DNA of 64,000 bases. It comes from a virus. Position 1 is the first letter of the stretch; every line of letters starts with the position of its first letter. The notes under the pieces were generated by a model that did no database searches, was not told the origin of the DNA, and saw only the letters and a list, made by a program, of their open reading frames with translations. Shown here piece after piece: positions 63,538-64,000 of this stretch. A program made the translations under genes and the position numbers. The stretch is taken from the IMG/VR virus record IMGVR_UViG_3300032087_005453, positions 32,001-96,000 of that record. One strand, written 5' to 3'.

Positions 63538-64000
63538 GCTACTTCATCCATAAAACCATAATAAACAGCTTCGTAAGCATCCATCCACCAATCAACTTTT
63601 TGCTTCATTTTATCTTCAATAAAATTCCGAATACCTTGCCAATCTAATCCTTTCTCTTTACAGAAATTAGATCCATTACAGCGGTTGGCATAAATATCAA
63701 GCATTACATCAGCAGATCTCTTTCCATACTCCATCGCACTTATTACTGCGGTATATTCACCAGCATCTGAATAGTTTCCGTTATGAATCATAAAGTCTGC
63801 GTGTTTGTAGATGATTCTTTTGTCGGCAGATTGTGGAACAATAGATGACATAGATCTAGCATGACCCATAGAATGAAACTCAATATATTGTGGACAATCT
63901 ACGATAGCATCGTACATAGCCATTCCATAGTTCCAATCTCCACCGCACGATATCATGTACACCTTGATAACTTCATCGGCAGGAATACGGCTTGACAAAT
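63534..64000 (-). CDS. clpP: ClpP-like serine protease (5' part outside window)
   Basis: ISCGGDWNYGMAMYDAI, ARSMSS (catalytic S), FMIH (catalytic H), WMDAYEAVYYGFMDEV. Confidence 0.85.
   Translation of the reverse strand, partial: LSSRIPADEVIKVYMISCGGDWNYGMAMYDAIVDCPQYIEFHSMGHARSMSSIVPQSADKRIIYKHADFMIHNGNYSDAGEYTAVISAMEYGKRSADVMLDIYANRCNGSNFCKEKGLDWQGIRNFIEDKMKQKVDWWMDAYEAVYYGFMDEVA

Noticed and set aside
1-64000. Alternative genetic code, inteins, introns, tRNAs, integrase or transposase
   Set aside because: Genes tile densely in the standard code; nrdA and terL are uninterrupted and of normal length; no tRNA or recombinase motifs were seen by eye. A tRNA scan was not run.

Overview
This window is part of a large tailed dsDNA phage genome with a siphovirus-like layout: long tape measure, tail tube, no recognisable sheath. 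Nearly all genes are on the minus strand. In transcription order (right to left) they are: ClpP-like protease (partial), terminase large subunit, portal, prohead protease/scaffold, capsid decoration protein, major capsid protein, repeat-rich fibre, an inserted trio of tailoring enzymes (PRT-HAD fusion, methyltransferase, sulfotransferase), neck/tail genes, an FG-GAP beta-propeller protein, two paralogous tail chaperones, tape measure, tail-tip proteins and a 1952-aa Cys-rich protein. A 9.3-kb plus-strand sugar biosynthesis/glycosyltransferase cassette (11.6-20.9 kb) interrupts this. Further left are SSB, a GT4, a hairpin-bounded membrane-protein/PAS/papain-like protease/exported thioredoxin module, and a class Ia nrdA that runs off the window and is missing from the ORF track. 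Main hypotheses: (1) a distributed virion glycan-coat system (His-type 3-dehydratase, split TPP enzyme, B12 radical SAM, GTs, possible ribofuranosyl-, methyl- and sulfotransfer, a shared CxC-x4-C N-terminal domain, Ser-Gly-enriched virion proteins); (2) a lysis module using a cysteine protease and thioredoxin with no recognisable endolysin; (3) a PD-(D/E)xK nuclease-like cargo bracketed by repeats inside the tape measure; (4) a GGWGTATA late-promoter motif. A Planctomycetota-like host is only an inference. All calls come from reading motifs and synteny by eye; no searches were run.
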